DNA from: Lytechinus pictus
Taxonomy: Eukaryota
Assembly: GCF_037042905.1 (NCBI RefSeq)
Contig: NC_087252.1
Span: 496,001-560,000 of the forward strand
DNA: 64,000 nucleotides
Direction of reading: 5' to 3'
Shown here: positions 1 to 10,467 of the stretch, piece by piece
Layout of the letters: each line of letters starts with the position of its first letter
Numbering within the stretch: the stretch's first letter is position 1
The notes under the pieces: generated by a model
What the model was told of the DNA's origin: nothing
Databases searched by the model: none
What the model saw: only the letters and a program-made list of their open reading frames with translations
Translations under genes and position numbers: made by a program

Positions 1-570
1 TAAAATTTACCAAAGTAATTACAATCATACATGTATCATAATATAAAGAAAAGTACCTGACAAGTATTCATGTCAACTTATTCCTTATGACCCTAGATAA
101 TTTTGGACTCCAAGAGATTTGACAACCAAAAAACAATCCTGCAAGGGTGATTTTCATAGGAAATATTGCTGCCGAGATGACACACATTCAATCTATCACA
201 AAAAAAATCAAGCAATGGCCATCGTGGGTTTCCGAACTGAAATTTTGACACCCTTGCAGATATGGCACTCTCTTAAAATCACACACCTCTGCCAAGTAAA
301 CTAGTAATGGCGCATGTGCACTTTCCAGAATGGAGGCACCCAGAGCTCTCTTTTGTTCTTCGCCAAGCTACAAGATGCACATCTTCTGAGCTGATATGAG
401 TCTTGTATCTTGGCAAAGAACAAAAGAGAACAAGATGGCAACGTAAATATCGGCAAGCTTTTCCCCATTTTCTCAAGATATTTTTCGTATTTTTTTGTTT
501 GAAAATGAATTCAATATCGTATTAATGTCGGAAATGAGTTCCCATTTAGATCTAGATCTTCATGATTTTT

Positions 571-903
571 AGGGCTAAAAAAGTTAGATCTTATACTCGA
601 ATGAAAGTAGAAATCTCGCCTCTCGGGGGCGAAAATTCTACTTTTTTTGTGGTACACGCAAATGAAATAATGGGACGCAATCCCTGCCTCGGTGGGCGTG
701 GAGAGTAAGCACACGTCGTCAGTGAATGATTTTTTTTATAGGGCTAAAAAAGTTAGATCTTATACTCGAATGAAAGTAGAAATCTCGCCTCTCGGGGGCG
801 AAAATTTTATTTTTTTTGTGGTACACGCAAATGAAATAATGGGACGCAATCCCTGCCTCGGTGGGCGTGGAGAGTAAGCACACGTCGTCAGTGAATGATT
901 TTT
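571..903. repeat. Tandem duplication, 2 copies, 169-bp period
   Basis: agggctaaaaaagttagatc...gtcagtgaatgatttt at 571-734 and again at 740-903, near-identical. Confidence 0.9.
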
Positions 904-2518
904 ACTCTCTAGGAAGTAGGAGCCTCCTGGCTAGCACAGCTCAGTCAGAGACACAGTCAGACTGACACACACCTGCACAGGCGCAGCGCAGAATGAAGAC
1001 GTCAGGGGCGCAGGCACTAGCCATGCCTGGCTTGGCAGTGTACCGGCGGATCCTGTGCCTGGCAGATACGGTTCTAGGCACCAAATCTGCCGGCCGATCG
1101 TGTTCTACTCCGGCGGATTCAGTACCAAAAAGAGGCCACTCTCTTTGGAAGATATCGTTCTTGCGCTATAGCGATAACCTTCAGTCACATCCGTTACGTG
1201 GTACGTGACATGCATTTGTTGATTTATTTTATACCTATTAATTTATTGCAGTATGAAAAATCCTTCTTATCACAATTTTAGGGATAAATTTAGTATCAAT
1301 TATGATTGATACAGAGTATTTAATGAAGGCAAACAATGGCAGTTTCAATAATTAAAATCAGGATTTTGTAATAAGCTTTCTAAAGGGAAGTGTAGATAAT
1401 GATCACTGCACTGAATTCTTGATTTGCGAAATTCCAATGTATTACTATTATTCCGCCACATTTTCTCGTATATTTTGTCTATTTTCTCTCCCTTCCCTTC
1501 CTCTTTCTATTTCTCCTTTTTAGGTGCTATATCACCCACGCGTATACGCTCCAGATATATTCATGTGCCAGAAAGGTTAGGAAACTGGAGAAGAGGCAAA
1601 AGGGGCTAAATGAGCAGGGACAGAAAGAAAGGCAAAAAATAAAGAGATGAAAACCAGGAGGGGGTATAGTAAGAAAAACAAAAGATATAAAGGAGAAATT
1701 ATATTTCATTAAAGATCCCATATTGATCTTAAAATTAGATGACTGAGAGGTAAATTAGGGAGCACCAAACAGTACGTGGCGTATCTAACTTTTGTCAGGG
1801 TGAACTACCGGTCCCTTTGATTAATTCAGATTCCTTAACAAAATTTAAAAAAAAGAATATTAAAAAAATGTAAAAAAAAAAGAGAAAATAAAAATAGGCC
1901 TACAATAAACTACATAAGAAATTAATCCTGTTTTGACATTCTTTTTTTTTTTTTGTTAGAAATGTCAAATTTATGTTTTCACAAAAAATAAACATTCTAC
2001 AAGAAATAATATAAGTTATAACAGCAAAACAAATTTTCATACACTAATTTGCATCATTTATTTTTAAATATGAAGATTTAACTTGTTGAAATTTTTCTAA
2101 ACATTTGTAGTTTTAAAAACCTATAGGCCTATATGGGGGTGCAAATTTTCGCCAAACAGTCTGGCAAACTGACACTAAATGACTAAACATGGTGTGAAAA
2201 AGCTCAGAACTTTAAAGAGATCGATGCATACTGCGGACTGAAATTAGTATAAAAATTCACAAAACAAAATGATGAAAATTTCATCAAAATCTGATAATAA
2301 TAAATCGCAAAGTTTTGGCGTATGTGCCAGGTCTATGTAATACATGAAATACTATTAATCCTCACCCCCATCGAGCCCTTTGTCAAAAGCTGTATGGATC
2401 TGCCCCTGAATAAAAATTCACTAAACAGTAGAGGCGCACGGCCAATATGGGAGACTCTCTCCAATAGGGGAGACAATCTCCCACATTGGAGACATGCTTT
2501 GCAAAAGGACAAAAGAAA

Positions 2519-3109
2519 TGAAAGGGTTCGCGCCGACGACCACACAACACGGACACGACTCACAAGGGCTGAGGTTTCATTGGGTTCTTTTATTTACCAA
2601 GGGAAAAACAGCCTCGGTCAGACACTAATTCCGCATTTTGCTTCGACATCTTAAGTACATGAAAGGAAGTCCTTGCAGAAGTCTTCTATACTTCAAAGTT
2701 AAACTTTCTTCTGTAGGGACAAGTCTCCTCCTCAACAACAAACAGTGGGAATGCCCTTGCTACTGCCAGTGTGTCATGAGTCACTGGACTCTCTCCCTAT
2801 CTAACAATAAAAGTGCAATGGTGCACATCAAAGTACAAAAGCATCCCTAAAGGGGGTACATGAATTGGCATTACTGCTACTCCTAAAAAGGCGGGAAAGA
2901 ATTAGCCAATGAGCAGAGAGGGAAAGAGTAAGTCAAAGTTGGTAGAAGTACAGAGAGGGAGAAAGAGTACTAAAGATAAAGTTGGCAGATATAATGTGAA
3001 ATATAGATTCATTTTACACATTATATACTGAAATGAAATAATAAAACAAAGTATCCTTTTGACTAGCTTTTTAAGGAAATATTATACAAGAAAAATCCAA
3101 TTTACAACA
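2519..3109 (-). repeat. 3' LTR (591 bp)
   Basis: tgaaagggttcg...tttacaaca; matches 9078-10748 once the insertion is removed (one mismatch seen by eye). Confidence 0.97.
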
Positions 3110-3119
3110 TCTTCCCCAC
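3110..3119 (-). other. Polypurine tract
   Basis: Minus strand GTGGGGAAGA immediately precedes the 3' LTR; a second copy lies at about 3176-3186. Confidence 0.75.
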
Positions 3120-3368
3120 GATTAATGTCATAATGTTTGAAACAAAGATACATGTAAAACACAAAAAATACAATATCTTCCCCACATTCCATGCAATAAC
3201 AGTTGCTATCTGCGGTAATTGCATGTAATTCAAAATGAAATTAAGTGCTTACTACAGTAAGCTAAACATGCAAAAAAAATTATGTCGAACATTATAGAAT
3301 ATTAATCACACTCTATATCAAATGCATACAAGACAAAAAGTCTCTCTAAAAGAAATAATCTTTTCTCT

Positions 3369-6300
3369 TCACTTTGGTAATACCGACACTGGGAGATGTA
3401 GTCGATTTCTGTGTTGTCCTTTGTTCACCCGACGGGACCTCCGACGCTCGACCTCATGATTCATATTATCATGTCGAGATCTGTCTTCTCCAAGAGGTTC
3501 ATTCTGTAGTATGGCATCTTCAGCCGCATTGGTTTCTTCACTGGGAACATTTCTACCAGTGGAATCATTCTCTCCGCAAGAGCCATTTTGATTAAGGGTG
3601 ACTGGTCTCTCTTCACCAGATGTAAGCCTATCAGGCTCTGAGGGTTCCCACAAGAAGGTGAAGTAGGGGGTACTGTTCTCTGAAGTGGGCAATGGTTGTG
3701 ACTTCACTTGGTCCTCTAGCTTATCCTGTGGAGTAGGAATTGCTATTTCCTCCCGTGGGTCAGGAATCAACAATCTCCTGTTGACTACCTTTGTTGGTCC
3801 TCCAAACATGGGTCGGATTTTATACACTTCACCCATCTCGTTCACTGCTGTCACGATGAAGGGGTCCCTTAAGACCTTGTCTTCAAGTTTATGACGTCCT
3901 TCAAATGCACATTTCTTCAGTAGTACCCTTGCGCCGATGCTGAGAGGTGAACTCATAGGGAGGGCGTCATGCCTCGTCTTCTCACTATTCTGTATCATCT
4001 CCATATTCTGCTGCGCTAACATGTGGGCCTGTTGGAGTGACTTAGAGTGTTCTGACACAAAGTCTTCATCCCAATCTGCATGTCCATTCCCTATGAGTTG
4101 GTCCAGTGGGGTGTTGGGCTCTCGTCCATACAGAAGTCGGTACGGTGACAATCCAGTTGTTCCATGTGGAGTACAATTGTACAAGAATACCAACTGGCCA
4201 ATAAGCCCAGGCCACTTCTTTCGACGGTCAGGATCAAGGGAGCGAATTATACCACACAAGGTTCGGTTAAATCTCTCTGTCTGCCCGTTTCCTTGGGGAT
4301 AGTAAGGAGTGGTATGTGTCTTTTCAATGCCATATAGCTTGCATAACTCTCGTACCAACGAACTTTCGAAATTTCGCCCCTGATCTGAATGAATTCGAAG
4401 TGGAGCACCGTAGTGAACGATCCAACCATCAATCAAAGCACGTGCTACTACTGCGGCGGTTTGGTTCTTGCAAGGAATGGCTTGAGCAAATTTGGTGAAG
4501 GCGTCTGTGATAACTAAGACATCCTCATATCCACCTTGGCCCTTGTCGAGCTTGAGGAAGTCTATCGCAATTAACTCAAGGGGTCTGAATGCCAACAGAT
4601 GCCGTCTTGGGGTCCGAATAGCTGGCGTTGGAGTCTTGGATGCAACACAGACAAAACACTTCCTGATGTGTCCTCTCACATCATTGCACATACCCGGCCA
4701 AAAGCACCTTTCCCGTAGGATTGCTAAGGTTCTATTGATGCCTTGGTGGCCCCATTGGTCGTGGGCCATTTCCATCATCTTTTCTTGGAGACTCTTTGGT
4801 ACAAGAAGCTGTCTTCTTTGAGGATGTTTTGATTCTGTTGGTTGCCTATACAGGACTCCCTTGTATTCTATAATGCTAGCTCGCTCCTTCAACCAGGACT
4901 TTATTTCTGCATTCTCTTGTTTGATTTCATCCTCAGACTTCCATTCACACCTGAGATAACGTCTGCACACAGAGAGTGCATTGTCACTCTGTTGAAGAGT
5001 TTTAAGTTCTTCTACTGAGTATGATGGGTACACGCCAGGAACTCTCGGCGGCTCCTCATCTGCCAACTGGTCCCCGGAAACTACAACTTCTGCCGGGAGG
5101 ACAGTAGTCACCGTCAGTGCTCCGATCATCTCTTTCACCTCGCCCTCGTTTCCAGGGCACCTGCTGAGTGCATCGGCACATCTGTTGAGTTTTCCAGGAC
5201 GGTATCTGATATCAAGCTGAAAGGCTGCCAGCTGTGCTACCCACCTCTGTTCAGTGGCCCCCAACTGTGCAGTTTGAAGGTGGGCTAGAGGGTTGTTATC
5301 CGTGTATACAATACACTTAGCACCCAACAAATACCCTTTGAACTTCTCGACTACTGCCCATTTAAGGGCAAGAAGTTCTATCTTGAAGCTTGAGAAATCT
5401 GGATAATTCTTCTCGGCTCCACGTAGGCTACGGCTTGCAAACGAGATAGGGTGTAAATGTCCATTGTCATCTTTCTGTGACAAGCAGGCACCAAGTCCCT
5501 TTAGAGATGCATCAACCTCGAGTATGAATTCTTCTCCAAACTTGGGATAGGCAAGAACTGGTGTTGAAGACAGTCTCTCCTTAAGCTCATGAAATGACTC
5601 GTCTGCCTCTTTGGTCCACACAAAGCTTGTGTCTGGAGCGATATCCCCTGTCTTCCTTCTCCTTTTCTTACACTTCTGTCCAGTTAGTGCATGGAGTGGT
5701 GCTGTTATTCTGGTAAAGTCAGGCACAAACCTTCTGTAATATGAAGCAAGACCGAGGAAGGAGCATAATTCTGATCCGTTTTGAGGTACAGGCCACGACT
5801 TGATCCTTGATACCTTGCTTGGGTCTACCATGACACCCTTCTCAGTGACAATGTGCCCGAGGTGAGCTACTTCTTTCTTGAAGAACTGGCACTTTCCTCC
5901 TTTAAACTTCAGGCCATGTGTTGTTAGGCGGTCAAAGACTTCTCCGAGTGTTTCGAGGTGCTCCTCAAACGTTCTGGAAAAGACCAAAACATCATCAAGG
6001 TAGAGTATGACTTTTGTAAAGTTCATGTCACTGAAAATTGCCTCCATCACTCTCTGAAATGTGCTTGGGCTGTTGCATAGACCCTGAGGCATTCTTTCAA
6101 ATTCATAGAGTCCCCAGGGTACACGGAAAGCAGTTAGGGGCACTGATTCTGTGTGCATAGTGATCTGGAAATATCCATGAGACAAGTCAAGGGAAGAGAA
6201 GTATTTGGCTCCATTCATTACTTCTAATGATTCGTCTATTCTGGGTAGCGGAAAGGAGTCTTTGACTGTTAATTTGTTCAATTGTCTATAATCAATACAT

Positions 6301-7721
6301 AAGCGTAGTGCCCCTGATTTCTTCCTTACAAGAACGATCGGACTGGCATAGGGGCTAGTTGACCTCTTTATAATCTTACGTTCCAGCATGTCTTGTAATA
6401 GATCACGAACCTCTGAAGTCACGTGAGGAGCTATCCTTCGATAGGGCAGACGCACTGGCTTGTCAGAGGTCACTCTGATTTCATGTGGTACCATATCACA
6501 ACATCCCAGGTCGAATTCATCTTTAGAGAATGCTGCTTCATGATCATGTAGGAGTTTAGCAATCCTAGATGCATCTTCATAAGCCATCCCATCTAGGCTG
6601 ATGCCCTGAGGAAGCAGTATTTCCGTACCACCAGTGAAAGTGAATCTCTCCTGTGATGCTGATGCTGTCCTACTGGGAGGCTTGGTATCCATTGCTTGCT
6701 CTGGCTCATGTCCGTCGTCCTCCACTCCCGGCTCTGTCTTGGTAATCAATATATCACAGATATTAACCTCTAGCTGGTCATCTTTAGTTTGTAGACAAAT
6801 TTCACAACGTTCTTCCACTTGTTTGGCAGATGCAATAGTTGAATGAGGTGGTACTATGAATTCTCTGTCTCTAGAATTCATCAGTAGAACATGCATGTCC
6901 CCATTTTCAGCACAACAGCCTTCAATGACTTCAACCTGGGAATCTCCAAACTGGCTGTTACCCTGGATAAGCCAGACACTTGACTCAGCATCTTCCCCAC
7001 CTTGGAAAGGCCTAATTGCGCACTGTATTTGTTGTATCGTCCTGGCAGGCAAAACTACTCTTGTTGCCCCAGTAACAACCTCTCGTACATGTGCACTACC
7101 TGCAGTCTCGATGTCCAAGCAATCCTTCACCATCTGGAATTCCCCTTTCGCTCTCTCCAAAGGAAATAGTGCTCGAAGGGCATTGCATCCCAGCAGAATA
7201 GGGAAGTCTCTTTGTCTTTCCCCGCATGACTCTCGTTGTACGATTAGAAATCCTATTGTAGCTTTTTGACCGTTTACAGAAACATGGGTTCGGATGAAGC
7301 CTTCCACTGGTACTTTAGTTGGCCCCACACCAACAATTTTCACAGGTTTATTAAATGGGCTCACTTCTCCTACCGCTGCTTCCAACTGTCGATGAAACAC
7401 GTCTGATGGTATAATGGATGCCTCTGCCCCAGTGTCGAGGATGCAGCCAATGGGTACACCAGCAACTTCTGCTATGACAGCTGGGCTTTCAGAAATCAAA
7501 TCAGCTGTGTCAACTATCTCATCCATTGCTGGCACAACCTCTGCCACTGAAGTCTGTCTGCCTTGTGCCACACTGGATTCATTGACATCCTCTGAATTAC
7601 CACCAAATGACACATCAGTTTGTGGATAGGTTGCAGTTCCTTCTATGGGCTCTTCTGTATAATATTGCTTTCTATTGTCCTCTGCCGTTTGGCCCTCAAC
7701 AACAGAGGGGTCTAGTTTTCC
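3369..7721 (-). CDS. pol: Gypsy Pol polyprotein (aspartic protease, RT, RNase H, integrase); the frame is open from the slippery site, upstream of the tracked start at 7613
   Basis: Motifs CILDTGAEAS (protease), LCIDYRQLN and YLDD (RT), VDAS (RNase H), HDQWGH...CFVC zinc finger, and DFL / HSDQGRNFES / ERFNRTL (integrase core). Confidence 0.97.
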   Translation of the reverse strand, partial: GKLDPSVVEGQTAEDNRKQYYTEEPIEGTATYPQTDVSFGGNSEDVNESSVAQGRQTSVAEVVPAMDEIVDTADLISESPAVIAEVAGVPIGCILDTGAEASIIPSDVFHRQLEAAVGEVSPFNKPVKIVGVGPTKVPVEGFIRTHVSVNGQKATIGFLIVQRESCGERQRDFPILLGCNALRALFPLERAKGEFQMVKDCLDIETAGSAHVREVVTGATRVVLPARTIQQIQCAIRPFQGGEDAESSVWLIQGNSQFGDSQVEVIEGCCAENGDMHVLLMNSRDREFIVPPHSTIASAKQVEERCEICLQTKDDQLEVNICDILITKTEPGVEDDGHEPEQAMDTKPPSRTASASQERFTFTGGTEILLPQGISLDGMAYEDASRIAKLLHDHEAAFSKDEFDLGCCDMVPHEIRVTSDKPVRLPYRRIAPHVTSEVRDLLQDMLERKIIKRSTSPYASPIVLVRKKSGALRLCIDYRQLNKLTVKDSFPLPRIDESLEVMNGAKYFSSLDLSHGYFQITMHTESVPLTAFRVPWGLYEFERMPQGLCNSPSTFQRVMEAIFSDMNFTKVILYLDDVLVFSRTFEEHLETLGEVFDRLTTHGLKFKGGKCQFFKKEVAHLGHIVTEKGVMVDPSKVSRIKSWPVPQNGSELCSFLGLASYYRRFVPDFTRITAPLHALTGQKCKKRRRKTGDIAPDTSFVWTKEADESFHELKERLSSTPVLAYPKFGEEFILEVDASLKGLGACLSQKDDNGHLHPISFASRSLRGAEKNYPDFSSFKIELLALKWAVVEKFKGYLLGAKCIVYTDNNPLAHLQTAQLGATEQRWVAQLAAFQLDIRYRPGKLNRCADALSRCPGNEGEVKEMIGALTVTTVLPAEVVVSGDQLADEEPPRVPGVYPSYSVEELKTLQQSDNALSVCRRYLRCEWKSEDEIKQENAEIKSWLKERASIIEYKGVLYRQPTESKHPQRRQLLVPKSLQEKMMEMAHDQWGHQGINRTLAILRERCFWPGMCNDVRGHIRKCFVCVASKTPTPAIRTPRRHLLAFRPLELIAIDFLKLDKGQGGYEDVLVITDAFTKFAQAIPCKNQTAAVVARALIDGWIVHYGAPLRIHSDQGRNFESSLVRELCKLYGIEKTHTTPYYPQGNGQTERFNRTLCGIIRSLDPDRRKKWPGLIGQLVFLYNCTPHGTTGLSPYRLLYGREPNTPLDQLIGNGHADWDEDFVSEHSKSLQQAHMLAQQNMEMIQNSEKTRHDALPMSSPLSIGARVLLKKCAFEGRHKLEDKVLRDPFIVTAVNEMGEVYKIRPMFGGPTKVVNRRLLIPDPREEIAIPTPQDKLEDQVKSQPLPTSENSTPYFTFLWEPSEPDRLTSGEERPVTLNQNGSCGENDSTGRNVPSEETNAAEDAILQNEPLGEDRSRHDNMNHEVERRRSRRVNKGQHRNRLHLPVSVLPK
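7678..7721 (-). promoter_or_regulatory. Putative -1 ribosomal frameshift signal (G GAA AAC UAG plus pseudoknot)
   Basis: Minus strand CAG GAA AAC TAG ACCCCTCTGTTGTTGAGGGCCAAACGGCAGAGG; stem 1 CCCUC/GAGGG; loop UGUUGUU pairs with AACGGCA. Confidence 0.75.
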
Positions 7722-8778
7722 TGCTGGGATGCGATATGTTGGTGAGGAATACTGGCAGCTCCTTGTGATGAGGACTGGTAGACTGTTGGCCTATTGAAAC
7801 TGTCATGGTACCTGATTCCGTGCTCCAAGTGGGGAAGCTTTGATTCTCCTGATGCCAGTTGCCAGCAGAGTAATTATAATCATGTGCAGGGTAACCGCTA
7901 GGTATGTTGGGGCAGTCACGTCGTAGATGTCCCTTATGACCACAGCTGAAGCATCGTCCATCAGTCCTCTTTCTCTGAGGCTTTCCTCCTTTCAGTCTGG
8001 CTACTTCTCCCCTAAGTTGCTCCAACTCCGTCATTATAGCTTTCTGTTGTTCTACTACCTGTTGCACAAGCATGGAATCTTTCATGACTGCCCTTCCAAC
8101 TTCGATATCTGCTTCTCGGACTCTGGGCCTCTGAGTGGTGGCAGTCTCCTGAAAGAGTTTGAGGGCTTCCTCACGAATCTTGGCGAATCCATTGGTTTCA
8201 TGCATCATCTGTATTCGCCTCAACTCTCTCCTCACCCAAGCCTCCCGGGCACCATTGACAAATTGATCACTTAAGGTCTTGTTTTTCAACTGGCTTAAAG
8301 CTTCTCCTTGAGCTTGTGTAGTGGCAGCTTTTTCCATCTTGTTGTAGGTGCGAATCAGGGCACGGCTGAAGTCACAAAGTGATTCTCCATCTCTCTGTAT
8401 GCGATTATGAAACTGACTACTGAGGGTCTGTGTGGTTTCCTGATAGCCAAAGCACAATTTCAGACGACTTACTATTTCATCAAAATCCTGTCTCTTTGAT
8501 TCACTGAGACACATTATTTCCTCTCGTGCTGGTCCTGAAAGGTGATCTAGCAACAGTCGAGCTTTGCTACTCATTTCCATATTTTGGTTAGCAGTTACTC
8601 CATTAAATTCTTCAAGCCATTCTGACAAGGACATATCATCCGCATGATGTGGCATCCCTCGGAATTTTGGTAAGTTGCTCTGTAATATACTTTGTAATCC
8701 AATTGAACGGCGGAAGAATTGGGACAAAACATCCATATTCTCAGTCGTAGCTGATGATGAACTCGATCTGGTTTCCAT
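7696..8778 (-). CDS. gag: Gypsy Gag with CCHC zinc knuckle; likely start ATG at 8778; C-terminus probably frameshifted
   Basis: LPKFRG...EWLEEF capsid-like N-terminus, QRDGESLCDFSRAL MHR-like segment, coiled coil, CFSCGHKGHLRRDC knuckle. Confidence 0.93.
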   Translation of the reverse strand: METRSSSSSATTENMDVLSQFFRRSIGLQSILQSNLPKFRGMPHHADDMSLSEWLEEFNGVTANQNMEMSSKARLLLDHLSGPAREEIMCLSESKRQDFDEIVSRLKLCFGYQETTQTLSSQFHNRIQRDGESLCDFSRALIRTYNKMEKAATTQAQGEALSQLKNKTLSDQFVNGAREAWVRRELRRIQMMHETNGFAKIREEALKLFQETATTQRPRVREADIEVGRAVMKDSMLVQQVVEQQKAIMTELEQLRGEVARLKGGKPQRKRTDGRCFSCGHKGHLRRDCPNIPSGYPAHDYNYSAGNWHQENQSFPTWSTESGTMTVSIGQQSTSPHHKELPVFLTNISHPSRKTRPLCC

Positions 8779-9058
8779 GATCCTAGATTTGAATTTGGCA
8801 CATAAAAAGAACTTTGCATACAGAATAGCGAAACCACAATACAATCACTGCACAAATCAGAGAAAAAAGAGCATACAAATGTTGTCCATTATTTTACATA
8901 CAGTCTGACCGAGGCTGTTTAGAACCAGTCTAAAGTCATTCCAATTTTATGTTGTGCACGATGACACCAGGATAAGACCACATACACGTAAGTTCTCAAG
9001 ATTTCTTCTAAGTCCAATATCTGCAGAGCCCGTACCAGATGGTCCCTTGTTGCTGATG

Positions 9059-9076
9059 ATCCCACTTCTGACACCA
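9059..9076 (-). other. Primer-binding site complementary to the tRNA-Leu 3' end
   Basis: Minus strand TGGTGTCAGAAGTGGGAT lies 1 nt after the 5' LTR; its complement ATCCCACTTCTGACACCA is the 3' end of metazoan tRNA-Leu(CAA/CAG). Confidence 0.9.
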
Positions 9077-9077
9077 T

Positions 9078-10411
9078 TGAAAGGGTTCGCGCCGACGACC
9101 ACACAACACAGACACGACTCACAAGGGCTGAGGTTTCATTGGGTTCTTTTATTTACCAAGGGAAAAACAGCCTCGGTCAGACACTAATTCCGCATTTTGC
9201 TTCGACATCTTAAGTACATGAAAGGAAGTCCTTGCAGAAGTCTTCTATACTTCAAAGTTAAACTTTCTTCTGTAGGGACAAGTCTCCTCCTCAACAACAA
9301 ACAGTGGGAATGCCCTTGCTACTGCCAGTGTGTCATGAGTCACTGGACTCTCTCCCTATCTAACAATAAAAGTGCAATGGTGCACATCAAAGTACAAAAG
9401 CATCCCTAAAGGGGGTACATGAATTGGCATTACTGCTACCGTAAGTAACGGTGTATTAACCGCACCTTTTTCTCGGCGGGATATAAGCAAAAGTCGGGGG
9501 TGCGGTTTATACACGGTGACGGGTCTGAGCCCGCCCGTGTAGCCCCTCCCGAACATGTAGGAAGTCTGCCAGTTCACAACACATCGAGTGGCCGGCCGTA
9601 GCCGCCCAGTGCAATGTCGTTTAGAGGGGTATGAGCCGCGGGTAATGGGTAGCGATTATTATGATCTTATGATCAAATACTGTCGTAACAAATGCACCCA
9701 CCTTCATGACACTAATTTCGACTTTATTCTCGATTCAAAGCAGCGAAGTTCCCTGGCTAAGTTCATAGAGACGCCAAGCATTCTCGGTAATAATTTGTCA
9801 CAGCTGAGCGAGAGCCAAGAGCTAGCTTGCGTTGTATTTTGGTTTTAGTGCGACTTAAGCTGGCGCTATTCATTTAATTTAACCCCTCAAAGTCCCGTTT
9901 CGCGCCAGCTTATTTTTTTCTTTCCTGTTTGCTTTTCATAAGATACCATGTACACCGTGCACCACGCACGATAGAGACGGCACGAAGCCGTCAAACAACT
10001 GGAAAAAATACAAATTTCTTTGTTTCTTGAACCTTCCTGTAATCCCGTATCCAAAATTCATGCTAAGACATCGAATGCTAGACAAATTCTGAAAGTGATT
10101 GTGAGGTTGTGATGCAAGAAATGTGAAAGACACAGATCACAATTTGATAAGATGTACTGGTAGTGGTACCGTATCGAAGTTTGAAATGTACATGTACAAG
10201 AAAGGCAGTGCTGTGTGTGTGTACACTGTGACTGTGAGGTGAGTGAGTGTGTAAATTGCCAATATTGGCGGGACCTTTCTTTCTTGCTAACATTTGTAGA
10301 TGAATTGATCAAGAACAGCAGATTTCTGCATACTGGTAATCTCTTTGAATACTTTGAAATCTTTAACTTAGTTTTTGTTTCTTCGTACCTCAAATATGCA
10401 TGTAAATGTGA

Positions 10412-10467
<56 letters not shown>

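Noticed and set aside
3374..8908. Plus-strand ORFs overlapping gag and pol
   Set aside because: Antisense shadows of the coding frames, with no recognisable domains
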